From contig CALVKK010000001.1 of the NCBI GenBank assembly GCA_944332645.1, positions 30,059-94,058 of the forward strand: a stretch of 64,000 nucleotides of DNA, in the 5' to 3' direction. Under the pieces are notes generated by a model that had not been told where the DNA came from, did no database searches, and was given only the letters and a program-made list of their open reading frames with translations. This DNA comes from an uncultured Bacilli bacterium (GTDB lineage Bacteria > Bacillota_I > Bacilli_A > RF39 > UBA660). Each line of letters begins with the position of its first letter. Positions within the stretch are counted from its first letter, which is position 1. The translations under genes and the position numbers were made by a program. This document shows, one piece after another, positions 17,299 to 28,360 of the stretch.

Positions 17299-19164
17299 CT
17301 ATTTCCAATTTCCAATAGCCAGCCATTCTAGATGACGTTGGAAATTTGGTGCTGTCCCATCTGTTTTTACATTATAAATAAAACCTGATGAATTAGTTTG
17401 AATTTGTGGTGTCGTTAATGTTGTTAATTGTGCAGAACCACCATAACCAGCCCCACCAATATATCTAATTCCTGCTTGAATTCTAATATCGAGTATATCG
17501 CTATTTGAAAACGCCGTTGGAAAATTTAAATCGGCATAGGTTTGATCTGCCGGTGCTACTACAGTACCAAATTGTAACAAAAAGCCTTTTTTATATTTTA
17601 TATAATTTCCATTAGAATTTTTATTTTGTTCAATAATAAAATCATCTAATAATTCATCGTTTATATTTATATTCCCTTTAATTTTTATGTCTCCTAAAAT
17701 TCTAACATAAGTTTCAGCAACTCTTATAATTGATTCACCTTTTTCAAGATTAAATGTTGTTATAACGCTCATCAATTTATCTGTCAAAATAAACTCAAAA
17801 TCATATTGTTTTTGGTAATTAAATGAACTGCCTAAACTTCCGTTAAAGCTAAAATTGTTTTCATTTGTTGTTAAAGTAATTGTTTGATAATCTCCGTATT
17901 CTCCACCTTTTTCTTTATAGCGATATTTAAATTCTAATGTGTTTGAAGTAGCACCAAATGAAGAATTAAACCAAACACCAGTTAAATCAGCGTTTATCGT
18001 ATTAGATGTCGTTTCAGGTCGACTTAAAGTAAACTTACTGAAATTAGGCTTAATATACTCAATATATTTCCCTAGAGCATTTAAATCATATTCTTCCTCG
18101 CCTACCCAATTACGACTATCTTTTGCCGACACAGTTACGATATTACTATCTATACCACTGTTGAACGTTGTTTCTTGAGCTGTCGAACTTGAATTGCCCC
18201 AAACCGTAGAATAACTTGAAATATCGGCTTGCTGTTGAGCCTGAGCAGTTATTGTTACTTTTGGTTTTGAAATATATTTAATTATTTTGGAACCATCGCC
18301 AGTTAGTGCGATTGTAGTAGCATTAGTATCCACAACTGTTGCCGACACAATAGGTGGGGTCTCTTCTATGTTCAAAGTCAAATCATAGGATTTTTGACCA
18401 ATTTGTGTATTTCCAGAATATGTATACGCATATAAAATCCCTAAAACACTCGTAGACGTTTTATTTTTAGAAAGAATTGTTGTTAATTTTTCTGTTGAAA
18501 TTGTGTAACTTATATTTTTGTTGGCGGTTTTATTTGCGATTTCTTCTGTGGTTACTGTTCCATCGGTATTTACTGCATTATAAATTAATGTTGTTGTAAA
18601 AGAATCATCGGTTTTGTTGATCGCTATATTAATTGGATCGTCAATGTACGTTTTTGAAATAACAACCGTATTTGCTCTTGCTATAGCTGGTAATTCTAAA
18701 TCAATATCAACAACCCAATCTCTTCCTGAAGCACTATTGTGAAATGGTATTAAAGCATAAATTGGTATTGTTTTAGTACCATCGTCTTCATGTTTAATCG
18801 TAAAATCATAAACGTAAGCACCATCAACTAAGTAAGCACCATCAACTAAACTGCCACTACCACTACCACTTGCTCTTTTAAACGGATAATTATCAGTTAA
18901 ATAAAATTTATCATCAATAGTTGCTTGTCTAAAATCGTAAGAAGTTTTTGAAGTTTTTGTCGAATTGTCAGCTTTCACAGTTAAGGTCTGATTATTTAAA
19001 TTATAAGTACTACCAGATAATTTTAAACCCCACGGTCTAATTCTTACCAAAGATGTATTGTTGATTTGATTTTGGCTGACAACCATTACATCAATTCCTG
19101 ATTCATGAGAAAATGTAGACGTTTCTGGTGTCCCAGTATACGAATACCATTCACCTATATTCAT
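17299..19164 (-). CDS. Tail fibre / receptor-binding protein
   Basis: 621 aa, beta-rich and Ser/Thr/Asn-rich. It is the last structural gene before the lysis cassette. Confidence 0.5.
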   Translation of the reverse strand: MNIGEWYSYTGTPETSTFSHESGIDVMVVSQNQINNTSLVRIRPWGLKLSGSTYNLNNQTLTVKADNSTKTSKTSYDFRQATIDDKFYLTDNYPFKRASGSGSGSLVDGAYLVDGAYVYDFTIKHEDDGTKTIPIYALIPFHNSASGRDWVVDIDLELPAIARANTVVISKTYIDDPINIAINKTDDSFTTTLIYNAVNTDGTVTTEEIANKTANKNISYTISTEKLTTILSKNKTSTSVLGILYAYTYSGNTQIGQKSYDLTLNIEETPPIVSATVVDTNATTIALTGDGSKIIKYISKPKVTITAQAQQQADISSYSTVWGNSSSTAQETTFNSGIDSNIVTVSAKDSRNWVGEEEYDLNALGKYIEYIKPNFSKFTLSRPETTSNTINADLTGVWFNSSFGATSNTLEFKYRYKEKGGEYGDYQTITLTTNENNFSFNGSLGSSFNYQKQYDFEFILTDKLMSVITTFNLEKGESIIRVAETYVRILGDIKIKGNININDELLDDFIIEQNKNSNGNYIKYKKGFLLQFGTVVAPADQTYADLNFPTAFSNSDILDIRIQAGIRYIGGAGYGGSAQLTTLTTPQIQTNSSGFIYNVKTDGTAPNFQRHLEWLAIGNWK

Positions 19165-19174
19165 AATTCACCTC

Positions 19175-20407
19175 CTACAATAAATCCTCTACTGTTTGAA
19201 TGTTAGAAACCAAATGGTGTATATCTGTTACTGGTTCTCCATCTTCATCAGTAGCTTTTACAAATTTTAAATAAGCAATTTGAGCTGTATTTGTAACGAT
19301 TAAATCGTCAAAACCACTACCTTTATCATTTAAGACTGATTTTAATGTCGTGTAATTATAAACTCTAATACCCTGGTTGTCCAAAGCTGAATTAATAGGA
19401 TCATTGGCTGACTGTATCTTTAATTCATCAGTTGTAAATGTGTATTTCATTTCATTTATTGTACTGTTAGCCGTAGATAAATCATTTTTTACTTGATTTA
19501 ATTCATCATTTGTATTTGATAGGTTAGCATTTAAATTTGAAATGTCGTCTTGCTGACTAGCTATGTTGTTTTGGTTTTCAACAACTGCGTTATTTAATTC
19601 ACTAACGTTTTGGGATGTTTGTCCGACAGTTATACCAAGTTCAGATGTTGTTTGTTGAACTTCAGTATACTGTTGACCTAATACGCCAATTTGCTCCCCT
19701 TGTTCATTTACTAATTCTTGAGTTTGAGTTATTTTTGTTGTATGTTCGTCAACATCGCTTTTAATTTCTAATACACTACCGGATAATACAGTCAAATCTT
19801 GTCCAACTTGAATTGCATATGTATCATCAGTATATTTTAAATTATTTATAAAATCATTTTCAGCAAATGTTTGCCCTGCTGGTTTGCTTATTTGACATAT
19901 ATAAATTTCATTATTTTTAATCCACATATCGCCATTGTCATAAGGTGGTGTTGGTTGTTCTAAAAACACTCGTCTTTTACTGTCAGCTGTATCTTTTGCT
20001 GAATTAGCTAATGCTAAAGCTTCAGTTAAATCTGAATCAGTTAATTTTAGCCAACTATATATACTATTTTCTAAAGAAAAACGATAAGCATAACCAGTTT
20101 CCTTATCATAGTATAAATCGCCTAAATGGTTGTTTTTTTCTTCGTCAGTAGACCAACTACTAGCTGGTTCATTTTGCAATGTCGGAACTCCAGAATAAAA
20201 CCAGGTTGTAATGTTTCCATCAACCTGGTCTTGAAGTTCTTGGATTGTTTCAGTAACTGAACTAACAAAATCCTTTAATTCATTATTTACTTCCTTTATT
20301 TCTTGATTTTGCGAATTATAATCTTGCTTTAATTTTTCAATTCCAGCCAGATCATATTTTCTTTCCAAATCTTGAGCTGTTCTAACACCGTTCATATCTT
20401 GTTTCAT
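19175..20407 (-). CDS. Tail fibre-associated structural protein
   Basis: The TWFYSGVPTLQNEPASSW...HLGDLYYDKETGYAYRF motif is recalled from Firmicute phage tail and minor structural proteins. A coiled-coil C-terminal half follows. Confidence 0.5.
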   Translation of the reverse strand: MKQDMNGVRTAQDLERKYDLAGIEKLKQDYNSQNQEIKEVNNELKDFVSSVTETIQELQDQVDGNITTWFYSGVPTLQNEPASSWSTDEEKNNHLGDLYYDKETGYAYRFSLENSIYSWLKLTDSDLTEALALANSAKDTADSKRRVFLEQPTPPYDNGDMWIKNNEIYICQISKPAGQTFAENDFINNLKYTDDTYAIQVGQDLTVLSGSVLEIKSDVDEHTTKITQTQELVNEQGEQIGVLGQQYTEVQQTTSELGITVGQTSQNVSELNNAVVENQNNIASQQDDISNLNANLSNTNDELNQVKNDLSTANSTINEMKYTFTTDELKIQSANDPINSALDNQGIRVYNYTTLKSVLNDKGSGFDDLIVTNTAQIAYLKFVKATDEDGEPVTDIHHLVSNIQTVEDLL

Positions 20408-23400
20408 TAGCTATACACCCTACCATTTCTAACTGTAAATCCTAATTGCTCTAGTATAGTCTTTTTTTCAGCAATAGTCATATTTTGTGAATTAATATAT
20501 TCTATAATTTGGTTATCATAGTCTTTAAAAGAACTATAGTTCAATTTAATCAACATCGCTTTTTGTGGTATTGATAAATTCAAACCATTAACATAATTAA
20601 TAACAGCATATTTTCTTTGATTACTATCTTCATATTGCTCTTTTATATCCTTAATCGCATCGTTATAATTTTGATATTTTGAATAAGTCGTTATTTGAGC
20701 TATTGTTGAATATTTAGCTGGATTTTCATATGAATAATCAATTTCTTCTTTATTAATATAGTAATCACTAGGCGTTCCACCGTCGCTAATGTACATATTA
20801 ATTTTATTGTACTCATCACTCATAGGAATATTTAAAACCTCTTCACGAGCTTTATTATAAGAAAAATTAACTATCTTATTGATAATTTCAGCTTTATTTT
20901 CGTCACTCATAGCATTATAGATTTCATTGTCCAATAAATCTTTAACATTGTCCTCTATAATTTGACCCGATATACTTTGATATTCAGCTTTTTCACTAGC
21001 GGATAAAGTGATTTTATTTCCGTCTTGATTAATATAATAAGGTGCTACTCTAGGCATTATAGTTTTATCGCCAGTTTCTTTATAAAGTCTATAAATTTCA
21101 CTCGCACTTTCACTTATATTTTCTGTACTAACATTAGCCGGGTTAAAGAATACATTGAATATATTATTATTTCCACCATATTTTTGTATATCCCTACCCA
21201 ATGTGTCTACACTTGGAGATAAAGTTTGACTTAAAAAAGGAATTTTCGCTTTTACTTTGTTAATCGCGGTTTCCAATGGTTTATCGTATTCAAAGCTTGT
21301 CCTTTGCGTGCCATCAACCATATCAGTTATTTGTTTGAAAAATGTTGGAATTGCGCGAGAAGGTAATCCTAACACTTCTTCCCATAATTTTTCAGGTACA
21401 GATCCTGTGTCGCTGAAAACATTATTTATACTTTCAAAAAACGACTGTTCTAAAACAACATTGAAGCCTTCGTCTAAAGATGATGTTATATTTTCTAATA
21501 AACTAGCTCCTTCTTTTTCTTTTTGAACCATGTTAGCAGTAATTGCTAATGGTGCAGCCAAAGGCTGAGCCCAATCATATGTGAAAGTTTTATCGCCTAT
21601 TTTTATTGAATAAGAATTAACCCCTAAAGTATTTTTTAAAAAATTAGATACATCTTTATCGTCGTCACTTTCACCACTTGTAATACCAGCTTTTGCCAAA
21701 GCATAACCCAATATATACAACATAGTTCCCGCTGTTGCTTTACCTAATGTCTGAACAAAATCGTGTTGTAATTGCGGAGTAAATTGTCCATTAGTTAAAC
21801 TTCTTTTAAATCTTATTCCTTTATTTATGCTGTTTATTAAGCCAACTGGAGAATAATCAACAATAGCTTTAGTTAAATTAGCTGGCGTTTTAGCAAACGG
21901 TATTAAAATATCTCCTAATCCGTATTCTTTACCCATATTCATCATTCTTCTTATATTCATAACAAAGCGAGTGTAATTATTATTATCTTGCCATGTTCTT
22001 TGTAATGCTTCAGAAGTGGCAATATCAATCATATCTTGTGTTACTTCAGTAGTATTGTTTAAAACCATTTGATTGTTTATTGAGTTAACAAAAGAAGCTT
22101 CATAAAATCCCCTATCTCCAGCATCCAACATAAAACTCAAAAAATTGTCTACTCTATTTAAAGCTTTACCTATCTTTGTATTATCATTAAAGGACTTACC
22201 CTGACTGATCTCAAAACGATTACCTTCGATATTTCTTGTGTTAATGCCTTTTTTTAAATCATTGTAACTTTCAAATAATCCTTTCTTAAACCCTTTACCA
22301 TAATTTTTCAATGATGTTGTTCCTGTAGTTCTAACGTTAGTTGATTTCGCTAATCTTTTATCTACTATACTACCAATCAAATCACTAAATGAATTTACTG
22401 GAGCAATTAAAGCATTACCTACTACATTTCTAACTTGTGTTTTAGGATTGAATAACATAGATATACGCATCCAAGCTTTAATTCCGGCTCCTTTTTGAGG
22501 TGGTAACTTGTCTGTCATTACTTTTTGAATTTCAGCTAATTTTACTCTTTTATCATATCCGTCTTGCATTTGAGATACTTCTTGCATTGTATCTAAAATA
22601 AACTGTGTTTCTTGTGGTGTTAATTCAAAATCGCTTTTATATTTATTTATCCAATTTTGACTCTTGTTCTTTACCATACGCTGAAATGCTTCATCTAATT
22701 CTGACTGAGCATAATATACCATACCTTCTGGAGTTAAACGATTTAAAATATTAAATGCTTGAACGGTTTGACCAGCTTTGGTACCCATATCACGCAATTT
22801 TTTTGCAACTTGTACCATAGAATGATTTAATTCATTTTTTGTGTTTAAATCAGTTGTTTTAGAAATTTGATCTTGATATTGTTTTAACAAAATCCATCCT
22901 TCTGCCACATCAATACTATCTGCATTTTCAGATTCTTGTCTAAACCATCTTTCTACTTCACTTTTACCATTAGTGTTTAATCTTTCAAATGCTTGATTTA
23001 AGCTTTCTTCATTTGTGACTTCTCTATAATAACTAACATCCTCATCAGATAATATAGCATTTTTACTATCTTCATTTAACATATTAGTTTTATTTCTAAT
23101 ATTACTAGCAAACTTACTCTTACCATTACCAGTTGAAACGTTAGCATTTTGTAATATTGGTGTTGTATTTGCATCTTCTTTTGTTAAATTAGATATTTCA
23201 GCAGGATTTAATGTTTTTCTAGTTGGTAATTTAGTATTTTTCAATTCCATTTTTCTTATATCTTCTTGAGTTGGAACTTTTATATCTCGTGTATTATTTG
23301 ATTGATTTTGCATATTAATATTATTAGATGATTGCATAATTTGACTATTGTCTAAATTTGTGCTATCATTTACATATAAAGAACTCGTATCGCTGTCCGT

Positions 23401-24987
23401 TTCGGACGTTAGACTTTGGGGCATTAATGCATCAGAAGCAGTGGCAGAGTTCTTTTTTTGTGCTTTAATTTTCCACATAGTTTTAACTTCCAAATTATGA
23501 TTTTTGTTAGACACATAACTAACTAAATAATAATTATCTCCTATTCTTTTTTCAAAAACTATTGCCGAATTATTATTTTCTGTCGTGCCTGATAATCTTA
23601 CATTATCATAATTTGTTACAATTTGCGGTATCAATTTAAAATCGTCGGATGTTATGGGAACTTGTCCACGATTATTCTCATATTCTAACTTTCCATGATT
23701 TTTATATGTATGTCGTACGGCATTAGTTGATAATGAAATATTATAATTTTCTAAATTAATTCCAAGAGTTTGTTTTATTTTGTTAGCAATTTTTTTCCCC
23801 AACTTACCAAAATATAACTTGGCATTACTCGGAACTTTAGATGCCGTATCTACAAAAGATGATATGTCGCTTTCATTTTGAACTACTTTTACTTTACCAT
23901 TCTTAAAATTTTCTATTTCATGTTGAGTATACGGAACAATATCGTTTTGACTATTATCTATTATTGGTAAATTAGCATTATTTTGACTATTTTGTTCTTG
24001 TTGTACTAAATCATATACTGTTTTTGGGGTGTTTTGAGTAATATTTGTATTTGATGTATTCTTTACATTACTTATAGTATTTGGAGCATCTAAAATACCA
24101 CCAACTGCAGATCCTACTATTCCGCTTTCTAATACTTCTTTCCAATAATCTGATGTCCTATATTGATTTAAAGCATCTTTACCTTTATATGTTGTTTGTA
24201 ATATAGGATTTACTAAAGATGAAACAACTTCTTCTACACCTTCCCCTAAAGCATTTTTTAAATAGTTTTTTGCGATTTCTTTTCTAGTAGTCCCTCCTAT
24301 TTGCTTTAATCCTGGAATTCCTCCACTTATTTTTTCTGTTAGCAGTTCAGTGCCTGCACTTCCTAAACCATATAACATAGATTTACCTAAATTTCCAGAT
24401 TCTCTATATGCTTCATTAGTGCCTCCAGAAAAAGCCTTTGTTCCAAGTAAAACATTCGAACCAATATGTTTAGCTTTTAATCCACCACTCATGGAACTCC
24501 CAATAGCAATGGTTGGCAACATTTCACCAACTGCGGTCATAACTTTTCCACCTAAATTATTTTCTTTGATATAGCTATTTTTATCAACTTCTTTATTCCA
24601 CAAGTTTTGGTTATCGTTTTTGTATGGATTTGTTTCTTCACCAGCGGCTTTATTAACAAGCATGTTAGTTAAGCTTACGTCCGATGCTTCCATCAATCCT
24701 TTAGCTCCTTCGTCATCACCGAATATTTTTTTTATCCCAGCAGCAATTTGTAATGGAGTATCAACAAAAGTCGCTTCTAGGCCTTTCAAAGCCCCCTGAC
24801 CTAAATATTGTACTCCTGCAGAAACAGTTTTTAATAACGACTTGTCTTCTTTTTCATTATTTAAATTATTTTGTTGATTAGGTTGATTAATATAATTATT
24901 TAACCTATTTCTTATATTACTCGTACTGTTCACGGTAAGATTTGTGTTACCTGTATATTTACTTAAACGATCGCGAATATTGGACAT
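20407..24987 (-). CDS. 1526-aa polyvalent virion (probable internal/ejected) protein with an embedded Barnase-EndoU-ColicinE5/D-RelE-like (PBECR-type) nuclease-like domain
   Basis: Gly-rich and hydrophobic N-terminal region. Residues about 351-512 contain NAVRHTYKNHG...VPITSDDFKLIPQIV. A long helical C-terminal region follows. No canonical tape-measure features. Confidence 0.55.
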   Translation of the reverse strand: MSNIRDRLSKYTGNTNLTVNSTSNIRNRLNNYINQPNQQNNLNNEKEDKSLLKTVSAGVQYLGQGALKGLEATFVDTPLQIAAGIKKIFGDDEGAKGLMEASDVSLTNMLVNKAAGEETNPYKNDNQNLWNKEVDKNSYIKENNLGGKVMTAVGEMLPTIAIGSSMSGGLKAKHIGSNVLLGTKAFSGGTNEAYRESGNLGKSMLYGLGSAGTELLTEKISGGIPGLKQIGGTTRKEIAKNYLKNALGEGVEEVVSSLVNPILQTTYKGKDALNQYRTSDYWKEVLESGIVGSAVGGILDAPNTISNVKNTSNTNITQNTPKTVYDLVQQEQNSQNNANLPIIDNSQNDIVPYTQHEIENFKNGKVKVVQNESDISSFVDTASKVPSNAKLYFGKLGKKIANKIKQTLGINLENYNISLSTNAVRHTYKNHGKLEYENNRGQVPITSDDFKLIPQIVTNYDNVRLSGTTENNNSAIVFEKRIGDNYYLVSYVSNKNHNLEVKTMWKIKAQKKNSATASDALMPQSLTSETDSDTSSLYVNDSTNLDNSQIMQSSNNINMQNQSNNTRDIKVPTQEDIRKMELKNTKLPTRKTLNPAEISNLTKEDANTTPILQNANVSTGNGKSKFASNIRNKTNMLNEDSKNAILSDEDVSYYREVTNEESLNQAFERLNTNGKSEVERWFRQESENADSIDVAEGWILLKQYQDQISKTTDLNTKNELNHSMVQVAKKLRDMGTKAGQTVQAFNILNRLTPEGMVYYAQSELDEAFQRMVKNKSQNWINKYKSDFELTPQETQFILDTMQEVSQMQDGYDKRVKLAEIQKVMTDKLPPQKGAGIKAWMRISMLFNPKTQVRNVVGNALIAPVNSFSDLIGSIVDKRLAKSTNVRTTGTTSLKNYGKGFKKGLFESYNDLKKGINTRNIEGNRFEISQGKSFNDNTKIGKALNRVDNFLSFMLDAGDRGFYEASFVNSINNQMVLNNTTEVTQDMIDIATSEALQRTWQDNNNYTRFVMNIRRMMNMGKEYGLGDILIPFAKTPANLTKAIVDYSPVGLINSINKGIRFKRSLTNGQFTPQLQHDFVQTLGKATAGTMLYILGYALAKAGITSGESDDDKDVSNFLKNTLGVNSYSIKIGDKTFTYDWAQPLAAPLAITANMVQKEKEGASLLENITSSLDEGFNVVLEQSFFESINNVFSDTGSVPEKLWEEVLGLPSRAIPTFFKQITDMVDGTQRTSFEYDKPLETAINKVKAKIPFLSQTLSPSVDTLGRDIQKYGGNNNIFNVFFNPANVSTENISESASEIYRLYKETGDKTIMPRVAPYYINQDGNKITLSASEKAEYQSISGQIIEDNVKDLLDNEIYNAMSDENKAEIINKIVNFSYNKAREEVLNIPMSDEYNKINMYISDGGTPSDYYINKEEIDYSYENPAKYSTIAQITTYSKYQNYNDAIKDIKEQYEDSNQRKYAVINYVNGLNLSIPQKAMLIKLNYSSFKDYDNQIIEYINSQNMTIAEKKTILEQLGFTVRNGRVYS

Positions 24988-25002
24988 AATTCACCTCTCT
25001 TT

Positions 25003-26121
25003 TTAACGGGTTCCGCCTCCACCACTTCCATAGCTTTGAGTTCCACCGCCATTGCTTACATTTGACTTTAAAGTACCGTTCCAAGCAGAAATCATTTTGC
25101 TTTCCAATTCTTCAGCCTGTTTTTCGGTAATTTTACCACTATTTAACGCATTTAATATACCCTGAGCTATTGTGCTTTTCATATTATATTGATCACTTCT
25201 ATAAGCTGGATTGCTTGCACACTTTAAGATAACATCATTGATTGTATTGTAATCAGGAGCATTAGTTGAACTGTTATTATTATTGCTGTTATTATTTTCT
25301 AATGTACCATCTATCAAACCTGTTCCACCACTGCCACCCGAACCAGATTGACTTTTAGCTAAAGCGTATTCTTTTTCCCACTGTTGTTGCGCAATTCTAT
25401 CTTGTTCTTTTTGATATTCTAGTTGTTCTCTTTGCAAAGCCATTTGTTCGTTATATTGTCTTATTTGCTCTGCTATTTCATTTTCATAATTGATTTGATT
25501 TAGAACACCTTGATAACGATTGTAATAATCACTATTTATTTGTTGTTGCCAATTCAATTTATTTTGTGTAGCTGTGTCTTTGTAATTAAATGCTTCTAAT
25601 GAAATTTGTAATTTTTGTTGTAATGCTGTTAAAGCATTTTCAGCTTTAGTTACATCATTAGTTAATTGAGCTTCTCTAATTGCATTATCAAATTCTAAAT
25701 ATGCTTTATCCATCCTTTCTTTTGCAGTAGCTAATCTATTTTGATAAGTATTATACATACTCACCTTTGAACTTTCGCTATAACCAGCACTTCCTAATCC
25801 GTTAGCGACTTGCTGTTCTCTTGATACACCATATCTGTCAATTTCTTTTTGGTAATTAGTATAAGCCGATTTTGCTTCTTTTTCATATGCTTTTTCAGTT
25901 TCAGCTTTTTGTTGATTGATTAAATCTTGTTGAAATTGAAGTTGCTTATCAAGATTTTCATTTTGTGTTTGTTGCCATTGGTCAACTAATCCCTGTTGTT
26001 GATTTGTTAAATCTTCTCTTTCCGTTATTAAATTATCATATGTTTGATTATATTGATTCAACTGCTCTTGTTTTTCATCTTCAACTTGTTGAAATCGCTC
26101 ATCATTATAATTTACTGCCAT
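25003..26121 (-). CDS. Gln-rich coiled-coil virion protein with a Gly-rich C-terminus
   Basis: 372-aa ORF in the structural block. Function unknown. Confidence 0.4.
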   Translation of the reverse strand: MAVNYNDERFQQVEDEKQEQLNQYNQTYDNLITEREDLTNQQQGLVDQWQQTQNENLDKQLQFQQDLINQQKAETEKAYEKEAKSAYTNYQKEIDRYGVSREQQVANGLGSAGYSESSKVSMYNTYQNRLATAKERMDKAYLEFDNAIREAQLTNDVTKAENALTALQQKLQISLEAFNYKDTATQNKLNWQQQINSDYYNRYQGVLNQINYENEIAEQIRQYNEQMALQREQLEYQKEQDRIAQQQWEKEYALAKSQSGSGGSGGTGLIDGTLENNNSNNNNSSTNAPDYNTINDVILKCASNPAYRSDQYNMKSTIAQGILNALNSGKITEKQAEELESKMISAWNGTLKSNVSNGGGTQSYGSGGGGTR

Positions 26122-26130
26122 ATTTTCCTC

Positions 26131-27828
26131 CTATCGTTTTACGTATCCGCCAACAAAAGCTTCTATAGTACAACTATAAAGTTTCATTGGCGAATTCGAA
26201 CTAAATTCTATTTGTAAATCTTTAAATTTCTTTTGTTTTATTCTATAAACGATATATCCCTTTGACTCTTCATAAGTATCAATGGTAACATAATCTTCGC
26301 TATCCTTTTTTACCCTTACAGTAATTTCACCCTCACAAACAGACGTACCACCTCTCTTATTAGTGGTTTTTAAAAATTGGGGCGCATTAAAATCATATTT
26401 AGGTAATCTCCATATTGAGATTATATTACTATTTGTCTTGGTTAAAGTATAAATTTGATTATTCATACCTAGATAAAGTGTTCCATCTTTTACACGAGTA
26501 CAAGTAACATCGTAAGGTAATTCCCAATAATACCATTCATATTCAATACTAACTCCCTGATATTTTTGTCTTGAATCGGCTAAATAAACATGTTTATCAA
26601 TAAACACAAGTAAATAACCTTCCCATTCTTCTAATAACATATTTTTATAATTTGTTTCTGATAACAACTTACTATCAACCATTGAACTTCTATGACTTAA
26701 TACCTGTTCAGTAGTTACATCACTACTTATAGCTTCCATTCCCCTATCGCTAAAAAAACATATATCATCATTAAAATTAATCCCAGTTGCTATACAACCA
26801 GTAGAAATACTAGAATGCGTACTAGGATAAATTTTACCGTAAGTATTGTCTATTACTGGATTATGATAATAAATAGTCGTATTAGATTGAGAAGGTTCTT
26901 TAAATACCCATAAAGCATTGTTACCTGCTACCATTGATTTGACTGGAGAAACATCTAATCCTTCGTTATAATAATCTAAATCGCTAACATACTCCGGATC
27001 TTCTAGTGAACTATGAAAGACAATATTAGGATAGTTTTGATTACCACTAAAGAATATACGATTGTCAAATTCAGTTAATAAAGTACATTTTAAAATTCTA
27101 TCTCTATAACCCTGTATTGTTTTACTAAATGTAATTACTACATTGTCCTGTCCTGTCGTAATTGGTTCGGCTGGTGCCGTACTAAATGTTACTTTACCAG
27201 CTGTTCTATCCACTGTTAAACCCATACCTTCTACTATTGTTATGTCGTTCACAACCGCAGTAACAGTATAATTAGTATCTAAATTATCCGTGTCTAGCTG
27301 ATAAACCGTACTTGTCCCATCGGCTACAAAAGAATTTTTTCTAACGCCAGTTAACAAATTAACGTCTTGATATGTCGTTCCAGCTCCGCTAGGCGATTTT
27401 CCAGTTGAGGTAATAGGAATAGTGCCCTCAACACTTTTTACCTCTGTACCGTCGTATTTTAGGTAATTTATTCCATCCTTTATATATAAAATTTCATTAA
27501 ATACGAAATATTGGCTTTTAGCAATATTCATACCTACAAATATTTGTTCACTATTATCATATAATTTGGTACCACAATGTACGATTTTATGAAGAGTATC
27601 ACTTTTAGTATAAAAAAACATACCGTAAATAACATTGTCATACGTTTCTTTTAATTCGATATCCGGTCTGGTTTCTACACAGCGAGCATTTTCTTTATAA
27701 TTTTTCCACATATTCAAAGAAAAAGGACTTCTTGAAGCGACAATTTCTCCATCGTTGAAATCTACACCTCCAAAGTCCTTGTATTCTTTTCTTACTAAAT
27801 CGCCACTAGAAGCCATAATCATCACCAC
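26131..27828 (-). CDS. Large structural protein, possible tail hub/nozzle (beta-propeller-like)
   Basis: 565 aa, beta-rich, three genes downstream of the capsid gene in the structural block. Start codon uncertain. Confidence 0.35.
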   Translation of the reverse strand: MVMIMASSGDLVRKEYKDFGGVDFNDGEIVASRSPFSLNMWKNYKENARCVETRPDIELKETYDNVIYGMFFYTKSDTLHKIVHCGTKLYDNSEQIFVGMNIAKSQYFVFNEILYIKDGINYLKYDGTEVKSVEGTIPITSTGKSPSGAGTTYQDVNLLTGVRKNSFVADGTSTVYQLDTDNLDTNYTVTAVVNDITIVEGMGLTVDRTAGKVTFSTAPAEPITTGQDNVVITFSKTIQGYRDRILKCTLLTEFDNRIFFSGNQNYPNIVFHSSLEDPEYVSDLDYYNEGLDVSPVKSMVAGNNALWVFKEPSQSNTTIYYHNPVIDNTYGKIYPSTHSSISTGCIATGINFNDDICFFSDRGMEAISSDVTTEQVLSHRSSMVDSKLLSETNYKNMLLEEWEGYLLVFIDKHVYLADSRQKYQGVSIEYEWYYWELPYDVTCTRVKDGTLYLGMNNQIYTLTKTNSNIISIWRLPKYDFNAPQFLKTTNKRGGTSVCEGEITVRVKKDSEDYVTIDTYEESKGYIVYRIKQKKFKDLQIEFSSNSPMKLYSCTIEAFVGGYVKR

Positions 27829-28360
27829 TTATATAAAATGACCCAGTTGAATATCTTGGGTCTATTCTTTGTATCATACTTTCATATCTATTTGCATAAA
27901 CTTGACCGTAATTTGCTGAAATATCCGATTTTAATAAATCGCCAGCTACTCCATAAGGTAAAATTTGCATTAAATCCATAGGTAATTCAAATTCATATGT
28001 ACTAGCATTTTCATCAGTTATTAAAGTTGGATATTTGTAATAAAAAACATTAGCTGTACCATCTTCTTCAAATATAACAGTGTTATCCACAATATTATGT
28101 TTAACTCCTCGAATCATATTTAATTGAAATAAATCATCAGCTAGCTCTGTAAATGATTTTACTTCATTTTCTTTTACTTCTGTTGTTTTATTAGCTGGTA
28201 ACTTCTTTAATCTTACTAATTCAATCATAATTTGATTGATAACATAATTAATTTTAGCTGATATATCAGGATCATCAGTCAACAATTCGCTTTCTGGGTT
28301 CAACTCTTCTATCATTGCTAAAATTTGTTTTTTTACATCAGTTAAAGTCATTTTTATCAC
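27806..28360 (-). CDS. Structural protein, possible head-tail adaptor
   Basis: 184-aa ORF. Assigned by position only. Confidence 0.35.
   Translation of the reverse strand: MIKMTLTDVKKQILAMIEELNPESELLTDDPDISAKINYVINQIMIELVRLKKLPANKTTEVKENEVKSFTELADDLFQLNMIRGVKHNIVDNTVIFEEDGTANVFYYKYPTLITDENASTYEFELPMDLMQILPYGVAGDLLKSDISANYGQVYANRYESMIQRIDPRYSTGSFYISGDDYGF

Noticed and set aside
20407-24987. Calling the 1526-aa protein a tape measure protein
   Set aside because: No upstream tail-tube or chaperone genes are present. The protein has Gly-rich, nuclease-like and linker segments rather than a uniform helical ruler. A polyvalent internal virion protein fits better, though this is not proven.
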